Virus record (IMG/VR): IMGVR_UViG_3300033993_002821
Coordinates: 1-56,337 of that record
DNA: 56,337 bases
Strand: one strand, 5' to 3'
Source: a virus
Taxonomy: Duplodnaviria; Caudoviricetes
Within the stretch, counting starts at the first letter, position 1; every line of letters starts with the position of its first letter. The position numbers and the translations under genes were made by a program. The notes under the pieces were generated by a model. That model was not told where the DNA came from, ran no database searches, and was given only the letters and a program-made list of their open reading frames with translations. Positions 28,900 through 38,062 of this stretch are shown piece by piece.

Positions 28900-29132
28900 G
28901 CGCCGGTCTCCATCTTTCTGACTTCGGTCAAGGATTCAGTCGCGGCGCTGATGGCGCGGGGCAAAAGCAGCCCGACGCTGTTCTCGCCAAATCCCTGCTG
29001 CAGCAGGGCCGCGCGGCAGAGGTCGCAGCTGCCAAGGTTGGCGCGGTTGATCAGAAGCGCCGAGGCCATTTGACCGACAAGAACGGCATGAACGGCGGCG
29101 CGAAGCGGGGCGGGGGCAGGGATAATCTTCAC
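28896..29132 (-). CDS. First gene of left early operon, hypothetical
   Basis: GTG start with GGAG RBS. Confidence 0.55.
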   Translation of the reverse strand: MKIIPAPAPLRAAVHAVLVGQMASALLINRANLGSCDLCRAALLQQGFGENSVGLLLPRAISAATESLTEVRKMETGA

Positions 29133-29161
29133 TCGGTTTCTCCGGTTGCAAAAAGAACCGA

Positions 29162-29286
29162 GCTTGCGGATCGCGTTGACGATTTCAACCGCAGAGGGTG
29201 GCCGCAGCAGGTGCAGCCCTGACCGCCGTTCGAAATTCCGCACATTGTTGCCCCCCTTGAATCGCTCAACCCGTGGCCCGCAAAGC
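29162..29286 (-). ncRNA. Candidate structured leader RNA
   Basis: Long-range pairing of GCTTTGCGG with CCGCAAGC, GTTGA with TCAAC, CGATTCAA with TTGAAATCG, plus an inner hairpin. Confidence 0.45.
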
Positions 29287-29296
29287 AGCAGTTGAT

Positions 29297-29365
29297 GTTG
29301 GGCATAATCCAACAATTTGCGCCGCGCAAGGGGTTTTATCCAACAAAAGTTGGATGCGGTCCTGA
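29297..29365. promoter_or_regulatory. OL/PL-like operator cluster
   Basis: GTTGGGCATAATCCAAC 29297-29313, half-site TATCCAAC ending at 29344, GTTGGAT at 29349. Confidence 0.7.
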
Positions 29366-29437
29366 CGGGGGGGCATGTCGCGCGTGCGTGTGACGCCTGC
29401 GTGATTCGCGCGCGCGGGGTTTAGAAACAATCTATGT

Positions 29438-29469
29438 AAAGGGGGCAGACGCTTACCGCGTCTGCCCCC
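29438..29469 (-). terminator. Terminator after repressor
   Basis: GGGGGCAGACGC-ttacc-GCGTCTGCCCCC with T run on the minus strand. Confidence 0.7.
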
Positions 29470-29495
29470 GATTCAGGTGGATTTGTAGATCAGGA

Positions 29496-30110
29496 TTACA
29501 TGGTTCTGAGCTGCATGATCACCGGGCCAATCACTTCCGCGCGCGCGGTTTCGATCACCCCCGAGGGCAGATAAAGGGTTTCTCCATCAAACCGGCGGGC
29601 CGTGTATTCGATGTCGCCGCCCGGCTTCCGGCGGCGGACCACGACGATATCGCCCAGCCTAGGCGCGACTCCGGACACGCAAACCAGCACCGATGCGTCC
29701 TGGACCTGCAGGGCCTCGGCATGCGCGCCGATGACCAGAAACGCGTGCTGCTGATCAACGGGATAGCGGCTGTGCACGGGAATAGACGCGGGAAAGGGCA
29801 GCGGCGGTTGAACGTCACGCCAAGCGCCTTCTTCGCACACCCCTTCGATCTGAACCAGCGCGGCAGGCGTCTGAGGCGGCCCTGCCGCAAGGGCATCGAC
29901 TGTCGTTTGCAGGACCCGGGCGATGACAGGCATGTTGCGCTGCGACACCGCGTCTTTCTTTCCGCTGACAAATTCGTAAAGGTAGGTCGGGTTCAGGCCT
30001 TCGGCTTTCAGGCGATCCCGAACGACCGCCGATGACGGCTTCCATCCGAGAGCTTCAAGACGCGCGACGACGCGGTCGCGAACAGGGTTCTTCAGCACCA
30101 CAATCCTCAA
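29496..30110 (-). CDS. CI-like repressor (HTH plus S24-like domain)
   Basis: N-terminal HTH-like region, V.G....G.W, FLVIG, GDIVVV...EYTARR; divergent from cro-like gene. Confidence 0.8.
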   Translation of the reverse strand: MRIVVLKNPVRDRVVARLEALGWKPSSAVVRDRLKAEGLNPTYLYEFVSGKKDAVSQRNMPVIARVLQTTVDALAAGPPQTPAALVQIEGVCEEGAWRDVQPPLPFPASIPVHSRYPVDQQHAFLVIGAHAEALQVQDASVLVCVSGVAPRLGDIVVVRRRKPGGDIEYTARRFDGETLYLPSGVIETARAEVIGPVIMQLRTM

Positions 30111-30157
30111 TCATCCAGCGACAAGCCTTTGCTTGTCAAAAACAGAATACGTTAACC

Positions 30158-30221
30158 GTAGGGAAAAATCCAACATTCATTTCCCTGCCCTCTTGCATAT
30201 TGGATTAAATCCAAATAGCCA
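30158..30221. promoter_or_regulatory. OR/PR-like operator-promoter
   Basis: TTGCAT-[ATTGGATTAAATCCAAA]-TAGCCA; second site ends AATCCAAC at 30174. Confidence 0.78.
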
Positions 30222-30229
30222 TTGTCGGC

Positions 30230-30601
30230 ATGGCACATGAGCAACACCCAAGACCGCTTGTCGAAACCGTGCGCGAACACATCGCGGCGATCTTTGCGGC
30301 ATACACGGCGGCAACCGGCACTCCACCCAGCGTTGCGTCAAAGCTGGTCTGTGGCGATCCGAAATTTCCGAAGTCCTATCTGCAGTTCAACATCTCGGTT
30401 GGGACTTATGACCGGTTCGTTTCCCGGTTCTCCGCCTGCTGGCCCGAGTGGGCCGACTGGCCCGCCGCAGTGCCGCGTCAGGCCCCGGCGCAGATCGGGG
30501 CCGCCGAACTGGACGCGATCCGCGCCCGGCAGCAGCGTGTTGCCCCGCCCCCTGTTCCGGGCCAGTGGCCCGCCGACATCCCCCAACCCAACGGCGCGTG
30601 A
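30230..30601 (+). CDS. Cro-like regulator
   Basis: Divergent from repressor; TYDR...FS..WP....WP..VPR motif. Confidence 0.7.
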   Translation: MAHEQHPRPLVETVREHIAAIFAAYTAATGTPPSVASKLVCGDPKFPKSYLQFNISVGTYDRFVSRFSACWPEWADWPAAVPRQAPAQIGAAELDAIRARQQRVAPPPVPGQWPADIPQPNGA

Positions 30602-30621
30602 GCGCCCGCATCGGAGGCAGC

Positions 30622-31041
30622 ATGGCCGACAAACTCAAGGCATCAAAAACCACACCCGAAAAGGGTGCGTCGCGGCTGGACGTGACCGCCCTGAAGCGGT
30701 GCATCGCCGAGATCAACAAACACAAGGAAAAGGCGTCGGAATACACCGGGCTGTCCGGGCAGGCGACGAAGACCGCCGTGGAAAACTACGGCTTCAACCG
30801 CAAGGCCCTGACCTTTGTGTCGGGCCTGCTGAAAAAGGAGCCGTCCGAGCAGCTTGAGGTGCTGGGCAGCATCATCAGCATGGCCGAAGCCCTGGGCATG
30901 TTTAAGCAGATGGACATGTACAACGACGCGATTGCGGCCATGCAGGCGGTGATCGATCAATCGACTGCGGGCGCGGCCCCGGCGCGTCCCGCCGGGGCGG
31001 CCACCGTTGCGGCGCTGGCCGCCGGTGCCCCGGTAAACTGA
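30622..31041 (+). CDS. GapR/DUF2312-like DNA-binding protein
   Basis: GGAGG RBS; LKRCIAEI...ENYGFNRKAL..V..L.K.E...Q.E.......AEALGM. Confidence 0.5.
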   Translation: MADKLKASKTTPEKGASRLDVTALKRCIAEINKHKEKASEYTGLSGQATKTAVENYGFNRKALTFVSGLLKKEPSEQLEVLGSIISMAEALGMFKQMDMYNDAIAAMQAVIDQSTAGAAPARPAGAATVAALAAGAPVN

Positions 31042-31178
31042 ACCCTGTCGGCCCCGCCGGGCATTGGGCGAGCGGGCCGACGGCAGAGGCGGCCTTTACA
31101 GGGGCCGCTTCGGACGGGGGGAAGGGGTCCGCGCCCCTCCCCCCTTTCTTCCCCGACACATGATGATTGAGGTGTTGC

Positions 31179-31490
31179 ATGTTCTGTCAGGTTTCCATCC
31201 GGGTGAACAACGGGGGCGCGCCGCGCGACGTGTGGTTCGCCGCCTGGACCGAAAATCCCACTTTGTCTGACCTCTTGCGCGAGATCCGCGAAGAGGGCGA
31301 TTGCCATCTGATCCGCTACGACACCCGCCCGGTGCAAGGCCGCCTGCGGGAGGTGACCGGCACATCCGAGACGATTCAAAGCCGGGAGTCGATCGTCAGC
31401 GTTTCCGAAATGCAGTTCGATCTGGTTGACCGCGCCGGGACCGTGCTGTTCGCCCGCGCCGTGCAGCCCGGCGCGGCGGACCGGCCATGA
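31179..31490 (+). CDS. Hypothetical protein
   Basis: GAGGT RBS. Confidence 0.6.
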   Translation: MFCQVSIRVNNGGAPRDVWFAAWTENPTLSDLLREIREEGDCHLIRYDTRPVQGRLREVTGTSETIQSRESIVSVSEMQFDLVDRAGTVLFARAVQPGAADRP

Positions 31491-32011
31491 GCGGATCGGT
31501 CCTGTTTCTGGACCTTGCCACCCGCACCGGCTGGTGCGAGGGCGTGCCCGGCGAGACGCCCACCAGCGGCACGTTGCGGCTTGCGCCGGCCGGGTCTTCG
31601 CCAGCGGCGGTCTTTGGCGGGCTGGTGGCCTTTCTGGGCACGCGCCTGACCGCACTGCGCTACCGGGCTGTGGCCTATGAGGCCCCGATGGACCCGCGCC
31701 ACATGAAGACGAACATCAACACCGCGCGCGTGCTGCTGGGCATGCCTGCAATCGTCGAAGGTCTTGCGTACCAGACCGGCCATCACCGGCTGTTCGAGGC
31801 GAATGTCCATGACGTGCGCAAGCATCTGCTGGGCTACCGCCCGCAGGCCGGAGAGGCCAAGCGCGTGGTGATGGGGGCGCTGCGGCAGCTGGGCTTTGAT
31901 CCGCGCGACGACAACGAGGGCGATGCCATTGCCGGCTGGCTTTATGCCTGCGCGGTGCTTTCGCCGGGCACCGCAGCCGCCTCGACGCCGCTGATCGGGC
32001 GCAGGACGTGA
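31487..32011 (+). CDS. RuvC-like Holliday junction resolvase
   Basis: LFLDLATRTGW, VAYE, DDNEGDA. Confidence 0.8.
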   Translation: MSGSVLFLDLATRTGWCEGVPGETPTSGTLRLAPAGSSPAAVFGGLVAFLGTRLTALRYRAVAYEAPMDPRHMKTNINTARVLLGMPAIVEGLAYQTGHHRLFEANVHDVRKHLLGYRPQAGEAKRVVMGALRQLGFDPRDDNEGDAIAGWLYACAVLSPGTAAASTPLIGRRT

Positions 32012-32054
32012 CCGCCGGTCGGCGGGCCTGCGCCCGCCGCCGCACGCAGACGGA

Positions 32055-34331
32055 TTGAAGGGGGCACCCGTGGGGTCGGGCAATCATCAGGGCGACCATT
32101 TTGCGGTTCACGCGGCGGCGGTCGCGCGCGATCTGTTCGGCGAGCCGAACAGGCAGCTTTCGACCAAGGACGAGCTGCGCTTTGGCACCCACGGGTCAAT
32201 GGCTGTCAACCTCAAGACCGGGGCGTTCTACGACCACCAGCACGGCGAGGGCGGCGGTGTTCTTTGGGCGATCGAGCGCGAGAAGGGGCAGACGGTTGCG
32301 GGCGGCAAGGCCATCGAATGGATGCGCGCGAACGGCTATGACGTGGAAGACACCCGCCCCGCCCCGCCGCCCCGGTCTGCGCCTGCGCGGCTGGACCCGG
32401 CGGGCAACTGGCTGCCGCAGCGCGTGCCCGACCACGGGTGCCTGACCAAGACCTACGATTACCGCGACGCGGCGGGCACGCTGGCCTATCAGGTTTGCCG
32501 GTATGATTGGACGGTCGATCCCGCAACCAATCCGAAGGGTCACGAAAAGACCTTTGTCCAGCGCCGCCCCGACGCGTCAAAGCCGAACGGCTGGGCCTAC
32601 AAGATGGAGGGGGTGACCTGGCTGCCCTACCGGCTGCCCGAGCTGCTGGAGGATATCCGGGGCGGGTATGAGATTTTCTTTGTCGAGGGCGAAAAGAAGG
32701 TCGACATGCTGCGGGAGCTTGGCGTGCCCGCGACCTGCAATCATGGCGGGGCGGGGAAGTTTCCCGAAGACCTGGTGCCGTGGTTCAAGGGGGCAAAGCT
32801 TGTTCAGATGCCCGACAATGATGATGCGGGCCGGGCGCATATGGACCTTGTTGCGCGCCGGGTTGCGCCGGTTGCGGCTTCGGTGCGGCGGCTTGATCTT
32901 CCCGGCCTGCCGCCGAAGGGCGGGGTCGATGACTGGCTGCCCGCCGGGGGCAGCGCCGACAAGCTGTATGACCTTGCGGCGGGGGCCGCGCCGTTCGAGG
33001 CCGCGCCGTACAAGAGCCTGTTCGGCGCGGTGCGCTGGCGCGATTTTGACGCCCCCGGCCCGACCTACGAATATCTGATCAAGGGCGTCTTGACCGAAAA
33101 CGAGATCAGCCTGCTGCTGGGCGAGAGCCAAAGCGGCAAGTCCTTTGTCGCGATTGACCTGGCCATGTCGGTTGCGCGCGGGGTGCCGTTCTTCGGGCAT
33201 CAGACGCGCCGGGGCGGGGTGATCTATCAGGCGGGGGAAAGCGCGACGGGCGTGCGCCGCCGCCGCTTCCCGGCCTATGCCCGGCATCATGACGTGCGGG
33301 GCGATGACCTGCCGGTGGTGCTGCTGGAACGGCCCGTGGATTTCTACACCAGCGACGATCAGGTCGATCAGTTCATCGAGGAATGCCGGCATTGGGCGAC
33401 AACCTTCCGTGATCCGCTGAAACTGGTGATCATCGACACCTTCAACCGGGCGACCCCGGGTGCCAATGAGAATGACGGCAAGGACATGGGCGTGGTGCTG
33501 GCGCGCTGCGACCGCATCCGGCGGGCCACGGGCGCGCATGTGATGCTGGTCCACCACCTGAATGCGGGCGGCACCAAGGCGCGGGGCCACACCAGCCTGT
33601 TCGGGAATGTCGAGAATGTCGTCACCGTCCGGCGCGTGCCGGATTCAAAGGATGCCGACGGGCGGCAGTTGCGCGAATGGGTGGTGTCCAAGGCCAAGGA
33701 CGGCGAAGACGGGATCACCCGGAAATTCGTGCTGCGGCAGGTCGAGATCGGCCGCGACGCCGAAGGTGACCCGATCACCTCCTGCGTGGCCCAGCAGCCC
33801 GAGGGCGCTGCGCCGGTGCCGGACGATCCCGAAGGCATCACGGTGGCCGGGGCGAATGCGACCATTCTTCGCGCGACCTATGAGGCGGTGCAGACAAAGG
33901 GCGTGATCGCGCCGCAATATCTTGGCCTGGGGCGCGGGGCGCTGGCGGTCGAAAAGCGCGACCTGCAGGCGATGATCAAGGCCACGCTGGACGCCAGCGA
34001 CGATGACGAGGACGGGCCGAAACCGCGCGACGGGGAATCGCCCGAGCAGGCCGAGGCGCGGTTCAAGAATGCCCGGCGGCAGCTGGTCAAGCGGGCGCGC
34101 GACTACCTCTATTCAAAGGGGGTTATCGGCCAGAAAGACGATTGGACCTGGTTCACCGGCAAGAAGGTGCGGGGCTTTGGCCCGCCGCCCGGACTGGGCG
34201 AGGAGGCGCAGCGCCGCGCCGACGGGCGCGGGCGCGGGCGCAGGCGGGGCGAGGGCGCCGAAGCGCCGCAGGCCCCGGCGGATGACCTGCCCTTCGATGT
34301 GCCCGACGAAAAACTGGACGGGTTCTACTGA
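32055..34331 (+). CDS. Primase-helicase (TOPRIM plus AAA_25/RepA-like)
   Basis: VEGEKKVD, PDNDDAG, Walker A GESQSGKS, Walker B VIIDT, LVHH. Confidence 0.9.
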   Translation: MKGAPVGSGNHQGDHFAVHAAAVARDLFGEPNRQLSTKDELRFGTHGSMAVNLKTGAFYDHQHGEGGGVLWAIEREKGQTVAGGKAIEWMRANGYDVEDTRPAPPPRSAPARLDPAGNWLPQRVPDHGCLTKTYDYRDAAGTLAYQVCRYDWTVDPATNPKGHEKTFVQRRPDASKPNGWAYKMEGVTWLPYRLPELLEDIRGGYEIFFVEGEKKVDMLRELGVPATCNHGGAGKFPEDLVPWFKGAKLVQMPDNDDAGRAHMDLVARRVAPVAASVRRLDLPGLPPKGGVDDWLPAGGSADKLYDLAAGAAPFEAAPYKSLFGAVRWRDFDAPGPTYEYLIKGVLTENEISLLLGESQSGKSFVAIDLAMSVARGVPFFGHQTRRGGVIYQAGESATGVRRRRFPAYARHHDVRGDDLPVVLLERPVDFYTSDDQVDQFIEECRHWATTFRDPLKLVIIDTFNRATPGANENDGKDMGVVLARCDRIRRATGAHVMLVHHLNAGGTKARGHTSLFGNVENVVTVRRVPDSKDADGRQLREWVVSKAKDGEDGITRKFVLRQVEIGRDAEGDPITSCVAQQPEGAAPVPDDPEGITVAGANATILRATYEAVQTKGVIAPQYLGLGRGALAVEKRDLQAMIKATLDASDDDEDGPKPRDGESPEQAEARFKNARRQLVKRARDYLYSKGVIGQKDDWTWFTGKKVRGFGPPPGLGEEAQRRADGRGRGRRRGEGAEAPQAPADDLPFDVPDEKLDGFY

Positions 34332-34807
34332 TGCCGCAGGCCGGGCCGGTTGATCAGTGGACGCCAAAGCTGGTGCGCGAACGGCTGATCGAGGCCGCGA
34401 CCTGGGTGCGCTACTACGGCGGGCCGGTTGGCCCCGCCCCGATGCGTTCGGCGCTGCCCGGCTATGCCGTCTCGCTTGAGGATCACCTGGCCGAAGGCTG
34501 GGGCATTCCCGAGGTTGCCGGGAATGACGACGAGGCCGGGCGGCTGCAGCACATGCCGCTGCCCCCCGGCCCCGACCGGATCACCGCCCTTGAAGACGCG
34601 CTGACATGGGTCGGGCGCTATGTGGCGCGCGACCACCGCGTGCTGGCGCGGATTCTGCAGATGTGGATTCGCTGCCGGGTGTATCGCGGCAGCTTTGACG
34701 CGGTCTGCGCCGATCTGCGGATCAGCCGGGCGCATGCCTATGTGCTGCGCGACCGCGCGCTGGGTCTGATCGCGCGGGGCCTTGACGGCGAGGGGCACCG
34801 GCCATGA
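34331..34807 (+). CDS. Putative transcriptional regulator (DUF6362-like)
   Basis: WTPKLVRERLIEAA, ALTW, C-terminal HTH. Confidence 0.6.
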   Translation: MPQAGPVDQWTPKLVRERLIEAATWVRYYGGPVGPAPMRSALPGYAVSLEDHLAEGWGIPEVAGNDDEAGRLQHMPLPPGPDRITALEDALTWVGRYVARDHRVLARILQMWIRCRVYRGSFDAVCADLRISRAHAYVLRDRALGLIARGLDGEGHRP

Positions 34808-35133
34808 CCCAGGAAACCGCCCCGGCCCCGCAGGCCGACGGGCCAGAGCCTGAGCCCGCGCCGAAGGCCCCGCAGAAGCCGCGCCCGAAGATGACGCTGG
34901 AAGAACAGGCGGTCTTTCTGGCGGGCATCCGGCACCGCTGCACGATGGCCACGGGCGACAGCGCGGGCCGGTTTGCCGGGGGCACGCATCTTTACCTGAC
35001 GGAAGACGACGTGCTGGCGCTGGAAACAATCGAACAATCGCTGACCGTGCTGGCGCTGCACCGGGCCGATGTGCTGGTGCGCGACAAGATCGGGCGCGAC
35101 CGGCGGGCGGGGTCCGGGGGCGGGCCGCGATGA
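34804..35133 (+). CDS. Hypothetical protein
   Basis: Coupled ORF. Confidence 0.55.
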   Translation: MTQETAPAPQADGPEPEPAPKAPQKPRPKMTLEEQAVFLAGIRHRCTMATGDSAGRFAGGTHLYLTEDDVLALETIEQSLTVLALHRADVLVRDKIGRDRRAGSGGGPR

Positions 35134-35384
35134 ACCCCCGGCTTGAACTTTACCGCTCGGGCGGGTCGCTGGTGGTACGGCGGATTTTCGGCAAGGCGGG
35201 CCGCCGGACGGTGGTGATCGACCGCGCGCTGCGGGCGCGGCAGGCGGCGGTGCGGATGGCCGGGGCGGGCGCGGATGTGGCGACGATTGCGCGGACGCTG
35301 CACCGGTCGCGGGCCTTCGTGCGGCGGGCCGTGGCAAAAAAAATTGGTCCTTATCCAACTTTCTTGTTGCCAAAGTTGGATTAA
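35130..35384 (+). CDS. Hypothetical HTH-like protein
   Basis: GADVATIARTLHRSRAFV. Confidence 0.45.
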   Translation: MNPRLELYRSGGSLVVRRIFGKAGRRTVVIDRALRARQAAVRMAGAGADVATIARTLHRSRAFVRRAVAKKIGPYPTFLLPKLD

Positions 35385-35396
35385 ATCCATTATTAA
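35343..35396 (+). promoter_or_regulatory. Operator pair and promoter for second rightward early operon
   Basis: ATTGGTCCTTATCCAAC and GTTGGATTAAATCCATT; the latter lies between TTGCCA and TATTAA. Confidence 0.75.
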
Positions 35397-35439
35397 TCGG
35401 GCAAGGGCAAATCGCCCGGCTGATTGAAGGATTGATGAG

Positions 35440-35688
35440 ATGAGCGAGACCGGAAGCTTCCACAGAGTGCACGCGCGCTTTGAAACCATGCAGAACCTTC
35501 TGAAAACCCTGCGGATTGACGAGGAAGACATTCGCAACGGCACCCGGCTTGCCGCCGATGCCGCGATTGTGCGGCAGAGCAGGGTTATTGAGAGCCTGTG
35601 CGAGATTTCCGCGGTGATGCAGGCCAAGGGTGACTTTGCTCTCATCGAAAATCTGCTGGCAGAGGCGGAGGAAGCAGCATGGAAATAG
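35440..35688 (+). CDS. Hypothetical protein
   Basis: First ORF after operator. Confidence 0.6.
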   Translation: MSETGSFHRVHARFETMQNLLKTLRIDEEDIRNGTRLAADAAIVRQSRVIESLCEISAVMQAKGDFALIENLLAEAEEAAWK

Positions 35689-35981
35689 ACCTGACCAAGT
35701 TTCAATGGGCCATCGACTGGATGGACCGCGCCCTGCGCGAAACGCGGGAAACGCTGGCCGAGGCGGACGCAGACAAGCGCTACGCCGTGACCAGAGTCGC
35801 CTTTATGTACATTGCCACGCGCGCCAGATGTCTGCCGGACGGCGCATCCCTTCGGGCGAACGGGAACATCACCCAATTTGATTGGCAGGGCATCCGGGCC
35901 ATTGCCGGACTCGACCCGGACCTGACCTTGTTCGACGACTGGCTTGCCCTCGCCCGCAAGGCAGTGGGGGGTGCAGCATGA
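35679..35981 (+). CDS. Hypothetical protein
   Basis: GGAGG RBS. Confidence 0.6.
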   Translation: MEIDLTKFQWAIDWMDRALRETRETLAEADADKRYAVTRVAFMYIATRARCLPDGASLRANGNITQFDWQGIRAIAGLDPDLTLFDDWLALARKAVGGAA

Positions 35982-36196
35982 GCGCCGACTGGTACGAGCG
36001 GCGTCACGAGTTGCGCCCCGGCATGGTGTTCCGCTCGTCGGATGAGTCTCTGGTCAAACTGGACAGACGAGTCCCCGGTGACGGCACAAAATGGTATGTC
36101 GCCGATTGGTCCTATGGGTCATGGGGCTTCTACGACAGCACCATCGAGCCGGGCGACCTTGTTGAGGTTGCAGATGACCCGCAGGCATCCGCATGA
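35978..36196 (+). CDS. Hypothetical protein
   Basis: ATGA coupling, MSADWYERR. Confidence 0.6.
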   Translation: MSADWYERRHELRPGMVFRSSDESLVKLDRRVPGDGTKWYVADWSYGSWGFYDSTIEPGDLVEVADDPQASA

Positions 36197-36441
36197 CCAC
36201 CGACTGGACCCCGCCCGAAGACCGCATTGCGGACCTGATCAGCCGCTTCACGCCGCGCCAGCTTGCCATCGGCTACCTGCGGGCGCAGAGGCGCGCCCGT
36301 GAGGCCAACCTAGTGTCCGAGGTCATGAGCGGCCTTTCCGATGCGACCGTCTCTGTGGCGACGGGTGAGGCAAAAGCGGCCGAAGCCGCGCTTGACCGCA
36401 CCTTGGTGACGCTGCGCACCGCGAAAGAGGTGCTGGAATGA
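36193..36441 (+). CDS. Hypothetical protein
   Basis: ATGA coupling. Confidence 0.55.
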   Translation: MTTDWTPPEDRIADLISRFTPRQLAIGYLRAQRRAREANLVSEVMSGLSDATVSVATGEAKAAEAALDRTLVTLRTAKEVLE

Positions 36442-36616
36442 CCCCCGCCATCCCCGTTGACCGTCGCGGCACAGCGACGTCCTGCGCCGGTTTCCCTCCC
36501 TGTTGACGGCGCGCACCTGCCCCCGGCGACCTCCTCCCCGCCGGGGGCCTTTTCAGACCCCGCCATATCCGCCCGCCTCCCCCGTTTCCCAAGTTCCCTT
36601 CCGTTCGAGAGTGACC

Positions 36617-36898
36617 ATGACCAAGACCATCCACTTCAACACAGGCCGGGCCTACGGCCGACATGGCCAGCGCATCGCGGCCACCCTGCATCCGGACGGG
36701 CGCGTCACCTTTTCCGACCACGACCGGATGATCGACGGCGAGTTCAATCTTCCCGACCCGGCCCTGTTTTCCGAAGGCACGGTCCTGCGGCGCTATGACC
36801 GGGGGAATTACACGCCGTCGAAGGCCGCGCTTGAAAACGGGCTTCTGCCGGGCGGCTGCAATGCCCTGCCGGTCATCCCCGCGCCGGGGGGCGTGTGA
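36617..36898 (+). CDS. Hypothetical phage protein
   Basis: [20 protein letters not shown]...F.D.DR.IDG. Confidence 0.6.
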   Translation: MTKTIHFNTGRAYGRHGQRIAATLHPDGRVTFSDHDRMIDGEFNLPDPALFSEGTVLRRYDRGNYTPSKAALENGLLPGGCNALPVIPAPGGV

Positions 36899-36899
36899 C

Positions 36900-37403
36900 A
36901 TGGCCGGTTCTGTCAACAAGGTTATTCTCGTCGGTCGCCTCGGGGGCGACCCCGAGGTCCGCTCGTTCCAGAACGGCGGCAAGGTGGTGAACCTGCGGGT
37001 CGCCACATCCGAAAGCTGGAAGGACAGGCAGAGCGGCGAGCGCAAAGAGCGCACCGAATGGCACAAGGTCTCAATCACGAATGAGTCCGCCGCGACGTTC
37101 GCCGAGCAGTATCTGCGCAAGGGGTCCAGGGTTTACATCGAAGGCCAGCTGGAAACCCGCAAATGGCAGGACCAAAGCGGGGCCGACCGCTATTCCACCG
37201 AAGTTGTGGTGCGCCCCTACAACGGGTCGGTCCTGTCCCTGGACAGCCGCAGCGACGGCGACGGGGCCGACCGCCGCGACGACAGCGACCGGGGCCGCGC
37301 GGCGCAGGGCGGATCGGCCGGGCGCGGGGCCGCAACCGGCGGCGCGCGCGGTGTCAGCGACCTGGACGACGAAATTCCTTTTGCGCCCGAGGTGCGGGCA
37401 TGA
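36900..37403 (+). CDS. ssb: Single-stranded DNA-binding protein
   Basis: [32 protein letters not shown]. Confidence 0.97.
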   Translation: MAGSVNKVILVGRLGGDPEVRSFQNGGKVVNLRVATSESWKDRQSGERKERTEWHKVSITNESAATFAEQYLRKGSRVYIEGQLETRKWQDQSGADRYSTEVVVRPYNGSVLSLDSRSDGDGADRRDDSDRGRAAQGGSAGRGAATGGARGVSDLDDEIPFAPEVRA

Positions 37404-37687
37404 GCGGATTCGAATTCAGCGCCGCGTTCCAGACCTACCGCGCCCGCGCCAAGCCGTCGCTGCCCGAAGACATGCGCCGCCTGATCGACGCGGCGGTGGC
37501 CGAGGGCCGGGTCACCAAGGTGCCCACCGGGGTCAGCGGCCTGCCCGGCTGCTTCTGGGACGGCGAGGCGCAGAACGGCAGCGGCATGCTGCGCCCGGTC
37601 AAGGCGCGCGGCTGGCGGAAAAGGCACAAGCCGTGGCCGGTGAAGGCGCTTTCTGCCCGGATTTTGGCTGCGGTGGAGGTGGCGTGA
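37400..37687 (+). CDS. Hypothetical protein
   Basis: [17 protein letters not shown]; coupled ORF. Confidence 0.55.
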   Translation: MSGFEFSAAFQTYRARAKPSLPEDMRRLIDAAVAEGRVTKVPTGVSGLPGCFWDGEAQNGSGMLRPVKARGWRKRHKPWPVKALSARILAAVEVA

Positions 37688-37986
37688 TGAAAAACGCAAA
37701 GATTATCAGGAGCGCTTTGCGAGAAATGGAGGCCGAGCTTTTGTCAGAGCGGAAGCGGGCAGACGATTTTGAAAACTCCCTTGAATGCCTCCAAGATGTA
37801 GAACGGCAGGTCGCTTACTTGGTCAGCCATCATCTCTTTATGCTGATGCATGAAATAAAGGATTTGGGATGGAATGAAGATCGAGCCCAAATCTACGATC
37901 TGATTAAGGCCCGTAGGGAGCCGTTCAATTTAATTCTTGCGAGCAAGCCTGATTACAATGTTCCCGCGCCGAGAGATGAAAAATGA
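37687..37986 (+). CDS. Hypothetical protein, AT-richer
   Basis: [17 protein letters not shown]. Confidence 0.55.
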   Translation: MKNAKIIRSALREMEAELLSERKRADDFENSLECLQDVERQVAYLVSHHLFMLMHEIKDLGWNEDRAQIYDLIKARREPFNLILASKPDYNVPAPRDEK

Positions 37987-38062
37987 CCGACCTTCTCGCC
38001 CCCCCCCTAAATCGCCACCTGGCGGCGAACCGGGGTCGGGACGCCTGGCAGGAGCGGGCGGC

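Noticed and set aside
35381-35396. CtrA box
   Set aside because: TTAA-N8-TTAA rather than N7, and better explained by the operator and -10 box
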